This document shows positions 1-15,300 of a stretch of 64,000 bases of DNA, piece by piece; position 1 is the stretch's first letter, and every line of letters starts with the position of its first letter. The DNA is taken from NCBI GenBank assembly GCA_039096225.1, contig JBBPEB010000033.1, forward strand, positions 744,001 to 808,000, written 5' to 3'. The notes below the pieces were generated by a model. It saw only the letters and a list, made by a program, of their open reading frames with translations, was not told where the DNA came from and did not search any database. Made by a program: the position numbers and the translations under genes. This stretch comes from Blastocystis sp. Blastoise (lineage: Eukaryota; Protista; Bigyra: Opalinata).

Positions 1-3000
1 ATTTGAATTTACTGTTAATAGAAAATATGGTAATTATGCTGATGAAGAATCTTTTGCTATTTATCGAGGTACTGTTACTGGTGTTCAAGTTTTCACCATG
101 GCTGGACAAAATGGACAAGCTTTTACTGAACAAAGTGGATCTTTCTGTTCTGAAATGACTACACATACTATATCAATGGCTGATTCCTATGGTGATGGTT
201 GGGGTGATGCTACATCTACTTCTACTCTCAGTATTTCTATTAGTGGACTTGAAATATTTAAAGGAGGTATGGCTTACGTTGGTGGTAGTGATTATAAAAC
301 TGATGTGAAGACATTTAACAGTATGTAATTATTTTTATAAAATCTATCTGTATAAATCATTTATTGTTTTCTTTCTTCGAAACTTTCATTTAATTTATAT
401 ATATATAATATAATATACTTATTTCATATAGCTAATTTAATGATTTCTTTTGGTTCTGAATGGAAATATTCTGATGCTGCTCAATCTGGTGCTGGTTGGG
501 CTGCTACTTCTTTTTCAGATAATTCTTGGTCTGCTGCTGGTAGTGGTTCTATGCCTGCTTTTACTGCTACAACTCGTTATTATCGTAAAACTGTTTCTTT
601 TACAAATCGTAATGAATTTGCTACTGTTTTATTAGCTCTTAAAACTGGTGAAGGTGTTGCCGTTTATGTTGAAGGTACTGAAATCTATAGACATAAATTA
701 CCTTCTGGTACTTTAACTGGCCAGACTACTGCTATTTCTGCTTCTGATGCTCTTATTGCTTCTAAGAGAATTAGCTTTAATAAATTCTTATTACCTCAAA
801 GTGGTAGTTTTGTTATTGCTATTGAAATTCATCAAGCTCAAGGTGTTACTAATGGTCCTGATGTTTTTAATATTGGTGGTGCTCTTTTTGGTTCTGCTGT
901 AGCTAATGAATGTTCTACTTCTAGATTTGCTTCAGGTATTGCTTCTAGTACTCCTTCTTCTGGTGTTACAGGTACTAGTGTCAATGATCTTTTTGATGGT
1001 AAGACAAGTAGTCAATTTGCTATTAATGGTTTTACTACTGCTAATATTATTTATACATTTAATGATGCTGCTTCTGAATGGATTAATTCTTATTCAATTA
1101 CTTCTAGTTCTGATAGTAGTTATGGTGTTCCTAAAGCTTGGAAATTCTATGGTTCTACTGATAATAATATATGGGATGTATTAGATCAAAGAGATAATGA
1201 AGTTTTTGCTTCTACATCTACTAAAAAGACTTATCCTGTTCGTAGTAATGAAAAATCATATAAAATGTTTAAATTAGAAGTTACTCAAACAACAGTTACT
1301 AATACTTTTGCTATGTCTCTTTTTGAAGTTTATGTTTGTAACTTTGCTTATCTTCCTGCTGGTTTACAATATGAGGTTACTACTCTTAGTGGTTATGCTG
1401 GTATTGATCAATTTAATATTGCTCCTGCTTCTAATGGTTATACTAGTTATACTTCTGTTCCTCCATTCCCTGCTGGTTTAACTTTATCTTCATCAACTGG
1501 TATTATTTCTGGTTCTCCTTCTGAAGGTGCTACTGGTGCTTATGTTATTACTGCTACTAAGATGGGTACTACTCAAACATCTTCATTTACTATGAATTTA
1601 GGTATTCAATCTTGTGCTCCTCCTACTAAATTACATATTCGTTTTAGAAAAACAAATCAATCTTTTGCTTCTGAAGAAGGTTGGGCATTAAAGAATGCTG
1701 CTGGTACTACTATTTATACTTCTCCATCTTTAACTCAATATCAAGAATTCGCTGCTACTCTTTGTGTTGATGCTCAAGTTCATACAGTTTCTTTACTTGA
1801 TAGTCATTCTGATGGTTGGGATGCTGGTTCTTATTTATATCTTGATGTATCTAATTATGAAGGTGGCTATTTCACTGCTGCTAAACTTTTTGATCGTAGA
1901 AATGCTGTAAAAGATTTCCAATTTGATTTCAATTATCTTATTCCTCTTAAATCTACTACTTGGCAATATACTCAAGGTAATGTTCCTGCTAATTGGAATA
2001 CTGTTGGTTCTCCTGCTGGTTTTACTGCTTTCCCTATAGCTACTCCTCCTACTGCTTCTAGTCATATCTGGTTATTTAGAAATACTTTTACTGTTACTTC
2101 TAAAACTGGATATGTTGGTTTTGAATTAAAATTCAAATATAGAGCTGGTGTACTTGTTTATATTAATGGTCAAGAAGTTTATAGAAAATATATTACTGAA
2201 GGTGCTGCTCTTACTACTTCTACTTCTGCTACTAGTGGTAATCCTACTACTAATTTCATTAGTATTACTGGAAGAAATGCTGCTATTCAAGTAGGTAGTA
2301 ATACTCTTGCTATTGCTATTGTTAATTTACAAGGTAATAATCCTACTACTTTATTATTTGATGGTTCTATTCAAATGATTAAAGCTGCTCCTTTAGGTAG
2401 AAATTGGGATCTTAGTGCTACTACTGAACCTTATGCTTCTAATCCTGAATATGCTTTTGATCTTCAAGATTGGTCTACCGTTACTCTTACTACTCCTCAT
2501 AAGAGTACTGCTTCTATTACTGCTGATTATGGTACTCATAGAGCTGAATTTGTTAATAAATATTGCTTTAAATCTTCTTATCAAAGTGATGCTGAAGACC
2601 CTTCTGATTGGGCTGTTTATGGTAGTAATGATGTAGGTGCTAGTTGGACATTATTAGGTAATGTTACTAATGCTTATTTCTCTGGTAGAAATGTTGAAAG
2701 ATGTTTCTATTTACCTCAAAATACTAAAGCTTGGAGTCAATATAAATTCTTACTTACTGAACCTGCTATGGCTAATGCTGATCCTTATGTATTTACAATC
2801 AGTGAAATTACTCCTTCATTTGATGATTTAGATCAATTAACTATTCCTGCTTTATCTTTTTCTTCTAATACTGTTAGTGGTTATATTGGTGTACCTTTCC
2901 CTGAAGTTACTCCTAATAGTAATCTTTATGGTAATTTCCGTATTAATCCTCCTCTTGCACTTCCTTTAGAAATAGATACTTCTACTGGTTCTATTCGTGG

Positions 3001-4969
3001 TATTCCTCCTGCTGCTATGCCTACTCAAACTTATACTGTAACTGCTACAGATCCTAAAGGAAATGATTCTACTGCTTCTATTACTTTATCTGTTGTTCCT
3101 TGTTCTAGTCCTAATATTATGTTTAGTGTCTTTATTCATTCTGGTGCTAATGGTAGTCAAATGGGTTTCTATCTTAAAGATAAGCATAGTCAAACTATTC
3201 AATCAGTTTCTGGATTTACTAATAATCAAGATAATTATTATCCTTATTGTAAACCTGCTGATGTTTATACTTTAGTTATTACTGATTCTGGTTTTGATGG
3301 TTGGGATAGTGGCTATTTTAGAATTATTTTAGAAGATAAATCTGTTGTTCTTCAAGGTTCTTTAGGTGATCAAGAACATGAAAAGTCTTTCCCTATTACT
3401 GTTGGTTATGTTGCTTCTCCTCTTCATACTACTTGGAAATATTCTAATACTGGTTCTGCTGCTGCTTCTAATTGGAATACTGTTACTTTTAATGAAGCTG
3501 GTTGGAAAGAAGGTCAACCTAATGCTTTTGATGCTCCTAATGGTAATACTCAATATTTCAGATTCTCTTTTGATATTAATAGTATTAATAGTTATGGTTC
3601 TATTGTATATAATGTAAAGACTAGATATGGTCTTGTTGTTTATGTTAATGGTGTTGAAAGTTATAGATATAATCTTCCTAATGGAGTTATTGATTTTTCT
3701 ACTCCTTGTAAGAATTTATTATCTGAATCTATTTATGTTGGTTCTGCTGAATCTATTTCTTTTGGTAATATTGTTAGTGGAAAGAATGTTGTTGCTATTG
3801 AAGTACATAGAATAGCTGGTGCTGCTAATGTTATTGATTTTGATTGTAGTATTTTATTAGCTGCTGATGGTAGTTATAGAGTATTAGATGGTGAAGCTTC
3901 TAGTGAACTTGCTACTGATCCTGATGTATATAAAGCTTTTGATAATATTCAAGGTAGTGTTTATATTTCTTCTACTCGTTGTGCTGGTGCTAGCCCTACT
4001 TGGACTTACAAAAATGGTAGAAAAGAATATATTTCTTCTTATACTATTATAACTGGTCCTAAATGTAATGCTAGACATCCTTCTACTTGGGAATTACAAG
4101 GTTCTAATAATGGTGTTCGTTGGACTACTCTTCATTATGTTGAAAATCATATGTTTACTTATTATTCTGATAGTTATTCTGCTCTTTTCTATAATGATAA
4201 AGTCTATAATATGTATAGATTTAAGACTATTCAATGTGGTAATATTGCTATTGATCCTGAAGGTTATTGGGCTGAAAGTGAATGTGGTCTTACAGGTCAA
4301 CAAGGATTCCAATTAGCTGAAATTGGTCTTTATTCTAAGAAAGTTAGTGGTGCTTGTAAACCTACTACTGATGGTTTCTCTGGTTCTGTTGAAGGTGGTC
4401 ATGCTTATAAAGAATGTCCTCTTTATAAAGAAGGTAGAATTGAAGCTTTATGTACAAGTGGTGTTTTAGGTACTCCTATTGATTATTGTGTTAATAGTAA
4501 ACCTGCTTCTATTACTTATAATCCTGATGTTTTAACTGTATATAAGGGTTATGATTTCTCTATTACTCCTATTGTTGCTGCTCTTGATTATGTTTGTTCT
4601 GCTAATGTAACTGCTATTCCTACTGGTGTTAATTTCAATACTGCTACTGGTGCTTTCTCTGGTAAGACCTCTACTCTTTTTGAATCTCAAAAGATTACTG
4701 TAACTTGTACTAATAAAGCTGGTTTCATTACTCAAGATTTCTTTATTGTTTCTATTGAAAAACCTGGTATTCCTATTTGGGCTTGGATTGTTATTGTTGT
4801 TTTAGCTCTTATTATTATTGGTACAATTTCTTTCTGTATCTTTATTAGAACAAAGTCAAGAAAGAATAAGGGACATAATAATCTTGATAACAAGAAATCT
4901 ACTTCTTCTAAGATTAAGAGTTCTTCTAAGAAAACTCCTGGTGATGCCAACAAACCTGTCAAGATTTAA
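1..4969 (+). CDS. Giant type-I membrane/surface protein with 3 tandem units (DxxxDGW beta-sandwich + galactose-binding-like + F5/8-C discoidin-like + He_PIG Ig-like), C-terminal TM and Lys/Ser tail; 5' truncated
   Basis: Frame 2 is open from base 2 to 320. GT-AG intron 321-431 joins in frame to the 1509-aa ORF. Repeated motifs: DSYGDGW/DSHSDGW/DSGFDGW; PKAWKFYGS/PSDWAVYGS/PSTWELQGS; PAGLTLSSSTGIISG/LEIDTSTGSIRG/PTGVNFNTATGAFSG. TM IWAWIVIVVLALIIIGTISFCIFI. Confidence 0.85.
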
Positions 4970-6554
4970 ATAATATATATTAATAGTTACAGATAGTCTT
5001 TTTATTTTATATTTTATAATATATTATATATATATAATTGTCTATTACTATTTAACTTATAATCATTCTAGATAATTCCTTTATAAGTTTTATTTATAAT
5101 AATGCCTTTATATTTGTAATCTTATTCTCTCAAAACTATATCATTTTAATGTTTATTTTAAATTAGTATTCAAATTTCGTTTTGTTTTGTTAATTTATAA
5201 GGTTGACATAATAATTAAGATTAATTAATAGAAATTTTGTAAATAAACATTTTACGATAATATATACATGCCAACATTTTATTATTAACAGTTATAAACA
5301 TAAAACTCTAATTATATATATATGCTTTTCAATTCTTTTTATATATAAATGTTATAAATATATCTTATTGATTTCAAAGAATAATCTTATGATTTTAATA
5401 ACAGTTTTCAATAAATAAATAAAAAAATGATGTAGAGAATAATTTCTTTTAACGTAAACCTGATTATTATACATTAAAAAATTTGAAGATATTATCATGT
5501 ATATATATCATTACAATTCTGATAAATTTATACAGTTCCTTAAAGAAATAATCAACATGTGTTGAATTATGTTTGTTTGAAAAAGATACTACAATAAAAA
5601 TAAAAACAGTTGTAAAAAGCCCACTAAATAGAAGTTCAACTGATAAGATTGTTAGATAATACAAAGATAATCTAGAATCAAAGGAACCAAAGAATATCTT
5701 TTGCTTTTGTTTCTATGACAATGTGTTTTCCAGAAGAGTTTTTTGATTTGTGTTAGAAAAACATATGAGAAGAAAAACCATGGAAAAACATATATAAATA
5801 GATTTCATTACCAATATAACCGCGATTGTCGCGTACTATTTAAATTTTTATAACAATTGATTTTTCTTTGCAGTCATTTCTGTTCTATCGTTTATCGATT
5901 AAAGAAACTTAAGTTTTAATCAAACAAAAGGTTTGTATATATGACGTCATGTCGACAAAACTAGCATTGTATTAAATAAACGTATCCAAAATAGCAACGT
6001 ATGTGAACAATAATAGTGACACATAATAAAAAATATGATTGTATTTAATAAAAAACATATTGACAACCATTCATAATATATACAGTTGGCTTAATGCTTA
6101 TTTAAAGAATTTGACAAAAAAAAAGGAAGCAAATGCCATATTATTTGAAAGGATCTGACGCACTTAGCTTGATTCTCTTCAAAAACGGATTATTTGCTAC
6201 TGTTAGATATTTGGATTAGCCAATCATTATACAGGAAACTATGATTTTAGAATAATTTATTGGTTGAACGAATTATTTTTATTAGATTAAGCCAATAATT
6301 ATAATGGTTTTGACTTTTGGCTTTTCATCATTTGCAAATGACTTGGAAACCAATAACGATTTCTAAAGTTTATGACGCACTCTTTATGTGAACTCTTTTA
6401 TTGGATAATTAATATTGTCTTATTTGAGTTGTCAACGTTTTTTTCCAGTTACCGAGAAAACACACTCGACAATACAGTTGGTTTTAAAAGTGAATAACAA
6501 TTCATTTTTTATTTAATATTCGAATCTGAAGTAGTCTGCCTCATTGAAACAAAA

Positions 6555-8071
6555 ATGGCTTTTAAAAACACCCTTTCTGCTGTACTGGTCAATATATTTG
6601 CTGGATGTATCACCGGTTATAATACCGCTGTTGTCAGTGGTCTCGCTTATCCTTTGATTAAGTGTACTATTTTTGAAACTGAAATGTCTGAAGATGAAGT
6701 TTCTGTTTATCAAGGACTCTTCAATGCTTTGATTCTCGTATTTGCTATGTTTGGTTCTATGATGTCTCCTGCCATCGTAAGAGCATTTGGAATTAGAGGA
6801 GCTGCTCTCACCATGAGTATTATTGCTACTATTTGCCCTATTGTCATGGTTCTCTATAAGAATTTCTGGTATATGGCTATTATTCGTGGTTTATGTGGTA
6901 TGTATTTACTTTTTAAACTATACATTAATTATTATACGATTTATAATAAATAAAATATATTTCTATCTATATATACTTTTATAATTTAATGTATATATTT
7001 TTTAGGTCTTGCTGTTGGTATGGTGGGTAACTTTGGACCTATCTACAGTGATACTTATCTTGATCCTGCTACTAGAACCAGAACTAAATCTGTTATTCAA
7101 TTTGCTATCACCTTATCAATTATTGTTGCTGTATGTGTTTAATAAATCATGATAATTTTTATTTTTTCCTCTTTGGTTTTCCTTTTTTCTGTGTTTTTTT
7201 TTCTTGTGTTTTCTCTATATTTTATGTTTATTCTATTGATTTGATATAGTATATCTTTAATTATTTCTTCACACCTTCTTATACTACCACATCATGTACT
7301 CCTTTAACTACTTTCCAATATACTCTTCAATTTGCAATTGGTGCCGTTTTCCCTATATTATTAATGATCACTCTTCTTATTCCCGTTAAGCCTTGTATTT
7401 AATTATTTAATATTTTTATAAATACATATTATATATATTTATATATATATTTTTTATAGATGTTCCTGTTTCAACTGTTGATACCACTAAGTCTTCGTAT
7501 ATATAAATTTTATATCTAAAACATTATTAATTATAATATATTATATATATAGAGTAACTGTTCCTGAATCAAAACCTGTTGAAACTACTCAATCTTCTGA
7601 ATCTACAACTGCTCCTAGTGCTTCTATTGCTGAAGCTGTTGAAGATGCTTCTCCTAATTCTGTTGGTAATCTTGATAATCACTCTGGTATGACTCCTTTA
7701 AGAACTCCTAAAACACCTGGCTCTATTCTTCATCAAAAGAAAGAATCTATATATTCTTGTAAAGTATGTTATATATATATTCTTTTTTGTTTTGATTTTT
7801 TTTTGTTTTATATCACTTTTTGTTTTTGTTTGTTTTATATCACTTTTTGCTTTTGTTTGTTTTAAATATTGTTAATCAATTTTAAAATAAAAATTTCTAT
7901 ATATAATATTTTATAGAATATTAAATATATTTTCTTTATTATTATGCTTGCTGCTGTTAATCAATTAACTGGTGTAAATGGAGTCATTTTCTATGCTCAA
8001 CAAATCTTATCTGGTGCTGGTATTGAAGATGTATATATATATATTTATTATTATTATTATTATTATTATTA

Positions 8072-8103
<32 letters not shown>

Positions 8104-9067
8104 TAAAAGGATTCTAATATATATTCTATAGGCTTTATTAGCTTCTATTTATGTTGTTGCTTTATGGAATTGTCTTACTGTTTTTGTCTACATCTTTATT
8201 TGTGATCGTCTTACTTCTACTACTATTCTTAATATCTCTTTAAGTATTATGATTGTTGGATCTGCCTTCCTAGTCGTGTCGTATGTTATCTATTTATATA
8301 GTATTATTTTATCATCATTTTTATTTATATTTATTTATAATTTATATTTGTATATTATATTGTAATACACATGATTTTATTTAATATTATTATATTTTAA
8401 ACAAAAAAAAAAAATATATATATATATATATTATTTATTTATAGATTCTTTGGAAGTGATATTATTTTCTTTGCCTTTGCTGGTATGATGTTATATCTCT
8501 TAGGTTATGAAAGTGGTACTGGTCCCATCTTCTATGTAGTATCAAGTGAAGGATTACCTCCTGAATTATTAGGTATATATAAACTATAATATATATAATA
8601 ATACATATCATATTCTTTATATATACTATATTTTATATACTATTTTTATAAATGATATATATATATAGAACAAGGTTTATCATTAGCTAATACTTTACTT
8701 TATGTATTTAATATTGTTATCTCCTTCACATTCCCTATTTTACGTGTTAATATTGGTGCTAATTATACATTTATTATTCTTATTCTCATTCAAGTCTTAT
8801 GTATGATCTATTTCAACGTCTATGCTTGGTATATATTCTATATTCATTATTATTTTATTTATTATATTATTTATTTTTTTATATTATTTATTTATTATAT
8901 TATTTATTTATTATATTATTTATTTATTAGTATTTTATTTATTATTTTATTATATTATTTATTTATTTATTATTTATTAATTATTTATTTATTATTTATT
9001 AATATTTAATATATATAGTAGTAATAAGTCTAAGAAATCTACTAGTGCCCAAACTCCTAAGATCTAA
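6555..9067 (+). CDS. MFS sugar porter family transporter (9 introns)
   Basis: N-terminal GYNTAVVSG. Spliced exon at ~7917-8030 encodes NQLTGVNGVIFYA (sugar-porter TM7 signature), later GTGPIFYVVSSEGLP. All junctions are GT-AG and in frame; stop TAA 9065-9067. Confidence 0.85.
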
Positions 9068-9546
9068 AAAAATGAGTATCACAAAAACATAATTTTATTT
9101 TTCATAAATAAAACGTATAACTATATTGTGTTTGTGTTTTCATTTTTTGTATATTATCATATTATCTGCTTTATATATTATCTTTTTGAATCTTTAACTT
9201 TTATATATATACAAAGAGTATCTTGTTTCACTATAAATTTTTTCTTATTTACTTTATTTTACTCTTGTATTCAATTTCTTTTATAAAAAATCATTTGAAA
9301 TTATACATTTTAATGTATATTATTTTCTTTTATGCTTTATTGTTGTTGCATTAAATTAATAATAATTATCTTTTATTTTTCTTTGTGTTTTGTTACATAT
9401 TGCGATAACTGTTAAATTATAAATGAAATGAGAAAAATCACAAAAAAATAGATATATTTATATAAGATAGAATTTATAAATAAAAACAAATGTTTATAAT
9501 GAAAACAAAAAGAATATGTATTAATAGAGTTATATAAGAAATATAT

Positions 9547-11328
9547 TTATTCCTCTTCTTTCTTTGGAGTATAAACTTTTGGGAAGAATTTACCATAGTA
9601 ATAAATACGATTTGCAAATCCATAACACTGCATAGGGTTTTCTTTCATATTATATACCATACATAAATGATATCTCATACGACCATAACGACTATAAGAA
9701 TGAATAAGAAAAATAGTATCATATATATAAATAGATATATAGTACTACTTTTCAGTTAATAATATGAATTTATATATAAATATATAGTACTTATGGTTAT
9801 ATATATACAGTTTTGGATATTTATGTCTAATTCGTAACATAGTTTGAAAGAAAGCATTTCTTTCTGATATGGTAAATTTAGGCTCTATATATATATTATA
9901 TATAATAGTTATAATAACATATATAAAATTAAAAATATATATAACACAAATATTATATATATACCAGGAATATTTTCTTCTTCTTCTTCATCTTCATCTT
10001 CATCTTCATCTTCATCTTCATCTTCTTCTTCAGAACTGTCTTCTCCAAGTATATTATCGTCTAATTGGAAATCATCATCATCATCATCATCTTCATCTTC
10101 TTCTTCTTTAATTAATTCATTCGTATTATTATTTTGATTTTTCTTTTCCATTTCTTTCTGACGCTCTTCATCTCGTTTCTTTTTCCATTCTTTTGTTTCT
10201 TCAGGAAGTTTATCTTCTATTTCTTTAGATATCTTTGCAAATATTGGCATAGGATTATTCACATTATATGAAGTAGATTGATCTTTACTATTATTATTAT
10301 TTTGATCTTTTGTAAATACAATATTATCTTTAGTAGAATGAGAATTAAGAGCAATACAAGGTAATTTACCGTCTCTTGTACGTACACTGTTATAATGACA
10401 ACTACCTAAATATATAATATGTAATACTTTATTCGATCCAGGGAAATTCTGCATTTCTAAATTAACATGATAATCCTATATATAATAATAATAAACATAA
10501 TAAACATAATAAACATAATAAACATAATAAACATAATAATAATAAACATAATAAACATAATAAACATAACATAAAATTACATAACATAAAATTAAACATA
10601 AACATAACATAATAATAAACATAAACATAACATAATAAATAAATATACTTGATACACAACTATATTATATTCATAAGCTTTAGAAATAGCTTGTAATTCT
10701 AAATTCCCTCCCCAAATACCCGATTTACTCATATGATTCAAATACTATACATATTTATAATATAACAATATTAATAAATACATATACATAAACAATAATA
10801 AATATATATATATTATACTCTATAAAATGGTATTTTATCGGTGTCCATAAAGGGCTCAAAATCATCTTTATGATTGTACATATAAATAATAGCATTCTAT
10901 AGAAATAAAACAAAAATAATAACTAATACTTATATAATATATTATAATCTACTTGCATACCTTTCTAACAATATCAAAACGTTCTTCATCACCATACAAC
11001 TGGTCTGCACATGATCTAAAAAAAAAGATATAATTAAAAAAAAATAAAACTAGAAGCGTCATTCAAACATAAAATTTAAAATGAAAAAAAAAAAGAAATA
11101 GAACAAAAACAAATAGATATACCTGAAAAGACAATTACCATCACCACCAACATGGACGATTGAAAGTCCTTTTTCATGTAATTGATTGAAAACACTCTTA
11201 GGCATGTTCATTCCAAACATTCTTTCACAATTATTCTGAGAAGAATGCTGATTTTTTTTCTCAAAATACTTCCTACGATCATTCTTATCATTAAATCGTT
11301 TTTTGAATTTGTTAAAATGAGAACCCAT
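9547..11328 (-). CDS. OTU-domain deubiquitinase (OTUD3-like) with acidic linker and unknown C-terminal domain
   Basis: GDGNCLFR|SCADQLYG (catalytic Cys), WGGNLELQAIS and HYNSVR (catalytic His) across 6 GT-AG introns; stop at 9547-9549. Confidence 0.85.
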
Positions 11329-12321
11329 TATGTATATGAAGTCAAAAGAATTATTTCTCAATAACCAAGAAAATGTTTGACAATTAACCAAGAGAATCAT
11401 ACTATTTTATGATTTTTATTTTTTCTATTTACCATGTTTATAAAATAATAAATGATCTTCAACTCTGCACGATGCTATTCAACATAATATGGACGCATGA
11501 ATCCAATGAAAAATAATGAGAATTCTTTAATCTAGTTTTTTTATTACTATAAATTATTCTTCAATATTCTTTTATTTTGCACTCAGTATGATTGAGAGAC
11601 TTTATACAAGATATTGAGCTATATTTTATGAGTATGATGATTTCATTTTATCACCTTAACTATATACTATCCATATATATATATTTTGTTAAAATCAAGT
11701 TTTTTGTTATGCTGAAAGATTACACATAATATATGTAACATGGTTGAAGAAATAGAGACTTTTTAAAGAAAAAGACCAACAACATGAATGAGTTTCTCAA
11801 TTTAAAACAATATGACTTTTCTCTTCTTTGATTAACCAATAAAAGAAAGTGGTTATGATAGTTTTTCTTTTGATTGGTTAGGTTGTTTCAATTTTGACAA
11901 AACAGTCACTTATTGTTCTATTGGATGATTCTTCAAAGTTCATCCAATAAAAAGAGGAAAAACCACTAACGAAGCCATTCATTAAGAGTTCTGATTCGCT
12001 TATTTTCTTGGTGACTAATCAAAATTCAGTTTTCTCATCAATTCAACATTTCATTTCTTCTTATCCTTGCCATTCAAAATTTTTTATGGGAATTATTCAT
12101 TTTTCAAAAAAGAAAAACCATTATTATTTATAATTTTGTGTGTGTGACAAAAGAAATAACCGTGTTTATTTCCATGAAAAACATCTTTCAACAAATGAAC
12201 AATAACAAGTAAATCTAAATATAGTGGCTTATACTGATCATTTTCCTTTTAAAAATAAAATAGTTATTGATAATTTATTAATTACTGATATTGTTGTCAA
12301 GGTTGAATATCAGACGAAAAG

Positions 12322-15300
12322 ATGGCTCAACGGCTACAAAGGATGTCATTGACTCAAATTGATAAGCTTCCTGGCTTCCCAGATCAGTTAGCAGCGAAGA
12401 GATCACAATGTAAATAAACGATTATTATAAGAATTAATATTACCTTTACTCTTTATTGTTGTATAGTGAGTGACACTCGTTCAACATCTCCTGCTGTTAG
12501 CATTTCAAGTGACAAATCAGATACGAAGGCACAGGTAATGATTATCATTATTTTTTCATTTCTTTGTTTAAGATTGATATATATATATTTTTGATTTTAA
12601 AATTACAATTTTCTAAATATATATAGCTGACATTTAAAAGATTGGAAGTATTAAGTCAAGAAAGAAAGGATACAAAAATCAAAGCTGATGTAGATGTTCG
12701 AAAGATTGTAGAAAAAATTGATCAAAATATGGATACATATTTTGAAGAAATGAATTTTAATCAATTAGCAGTTCTTAATAATTTTATTGAATCATGTAAA
12801 TATATATTTTTATCTTCATTTTTTAAAATATTTGTTTTAGAACATGTTTATAAATGATATTATTTCTATAGGTCAAGCTTTCATTTCATTACCTTATGCA
12901 GGTACTTCACAAGAAGTTTTAAGGTCTATTATTGATAAGATGACAGTATTTATTTTTATTAAAATTATTTTTATTATTATTATTATATAGGAATATAGTA
13001 ATTATTTTGATAGAGAGACGTCACCTTTTAATCCTGCTACTAAAGTGTTATTTATAATCTCTCCTTTATTACGTATATTATTATACTTATTATTAAATTA
13101 TATTATTGTTATAATTATTAAAATAGTTATTATTATTATTATTATTGTTATTATTTTTATTTTTATTTTTATTATTATATATATTATTTTGTATACATAT
13201 CTGTCTATATACTTCTATATATAGGTTTTAATATTGAAGAGGATGATGTGTTGATCGATAGACGTGAGACCGAGACCCCTGATGTTAATCAGCATGATAT
13301 AGCAGAAGTAATGAAGAAGAGTATGCAATGGAAAGATTGGGGTGATGAATGGATTAAAGATCAGAAGGAATCACATCAGGAAGAAGAACAAAAACAACCA
13401 GAAAAGAATTTATTATTATGTAGAATATGTGAACAGAAAATAGAAGCAAGTAAAATGAAAGAACATAATATTACATGTTCAAGGTAATTATTATTATATG
13501 TTTATTATTATTATATATTTATTATTATTATTATTATTATCATCATCATTATCATCATCATTACTATTATATATAGAAATATGTTGGTATATTCCTCTAA
13601 TTATACTATAAGAAAGTTGTTAAAACAATTATCATCGACTGTATATCGAATTGACAATTGTATAACAACCCAAAGTCAACTGTCCTCTTCAATTAAACAT
13701 GAAGATCTTGTACAAGGCAAAAGTATATATATATATATATAATTATTATTATCATAAAAGTATTTTTATATTTTATTTAAGAATAAAATTGTTATTTATA
13801 TAATTATTTTTCTTGTTGGGAAATTGATTCCATTTTAATAATAATATATATATATATTATAATATATTATTCCTATTTCCCTATATTAATTAAATATATA
13901 AGAAAAATGAAAAGGCATTGTGAATTATAGATAAATTAATAATGTCAGATATTTTTTCTATATTATTTATATATATATATTATTTTATTTGAATAAGAAT
14001 ATACTATCAATATATATATATAGAGGTATTATCGTTGATATTATCATATATGTCAATGTTAGTAAATCAAGATGAGAGTTTAGTTGATGTTACAAGTCAA
14101 AGAGATACCATGTTACAACTACAAACTATTTGTAAAGAACAATTCGAATTCCCTATTATTGAAGTGGCTTCGCTTTGTGAAAATTGTTATGATGTATATA
14201 TACATGTGATATTATATAATATTATGAATAATATTTTATTTATTGTATAATAATTTATATATATATAATAGATTATAATTGAATTATTATTATTATATAA
14301 TAAACATACTCATAATATACTATATAGGCTTTAACTCAAAGATTAAAGATATTAGAGACTACTACTCCTGATGTATTTCAAACACATAATATGCCTTCTA
14401 GAACTATAGGTAAACCAAGTATACGTGATTTCCAACTACTAAAACCTATTTCAAGAGGTGCTTATGGTAAAGTATTTTTAGCAAGAAAGATTACAACTGG
14501 TGATTTATATGCTATTAAAACTATGAATAAACGTGAATTAATACGTAAGAATCAAACTGCTCATATTCAAGCAGAACAACGTATTATGTCACAAGCAAAT
14601 AATCCTTTTGTTGTTAAATTATATTATAGTTTTCAAAGTCGTAATCATTTATATTTAGTTATGGAATTTATTAATGGTGGTGATTTATTTTCTATGTTAC
14701 AAAATTTACAAGTATTACCTGAAGAAATGGTAATACAATATGGTGCAGAAATTGTATTAGCTTTAGAATATTTACATGATACTTTACATGTAGTTCATAG
14801 AGATTTAAAACCTGATAATATATTAATATCCAATACGGGTCATCTGAAATTGACTGATTTCGGATTAAGTCAGATTGGTGTTGCTGAACGTCATGCTGAG
14901 CGTCATGATGACGATACTATTGGTGGTACACGTAATCGATATGATAGTAGTCGTAGTTTCTTTTATAGTAGTAGTGGTAGTAATAGTGGTAGTAATAATA
15001 ATTTAGTTGGTTTTAATTCTTCTGTAAATGGTAGTCCTAATAATAATGATTCATTTGGATTATCTTTAAATAAACGTGGTCTTCATACTATTACTGCTAC
15101 TAATGAGAATGATGAAGATGAAATTGATCTTTCAGAAGATGATTTGAAATTAATTAAAAATTCAAATGATACGAATAATTCGGATACAAAGAATGTTATA
15201 TTATCAAGTAAAGATATTAATACAATTCATTCTCCAAAAGATACATCTACTAATAATAAATCAAAAGTTGAGAATACATCTTCAAATTCCCGTGGGAATC

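Noticed and set aside
450-4962. Many short overlapping ORFs within the surface-protein gene
   Set aside because: Shadow frames produced by the strong NNT codon bias.
5467-5664. 65-aa minus-strand ORF in the intergenic region
   Set aside because: Non-ATG start, no recognisable motif, and composition typical of intergenic DNA.
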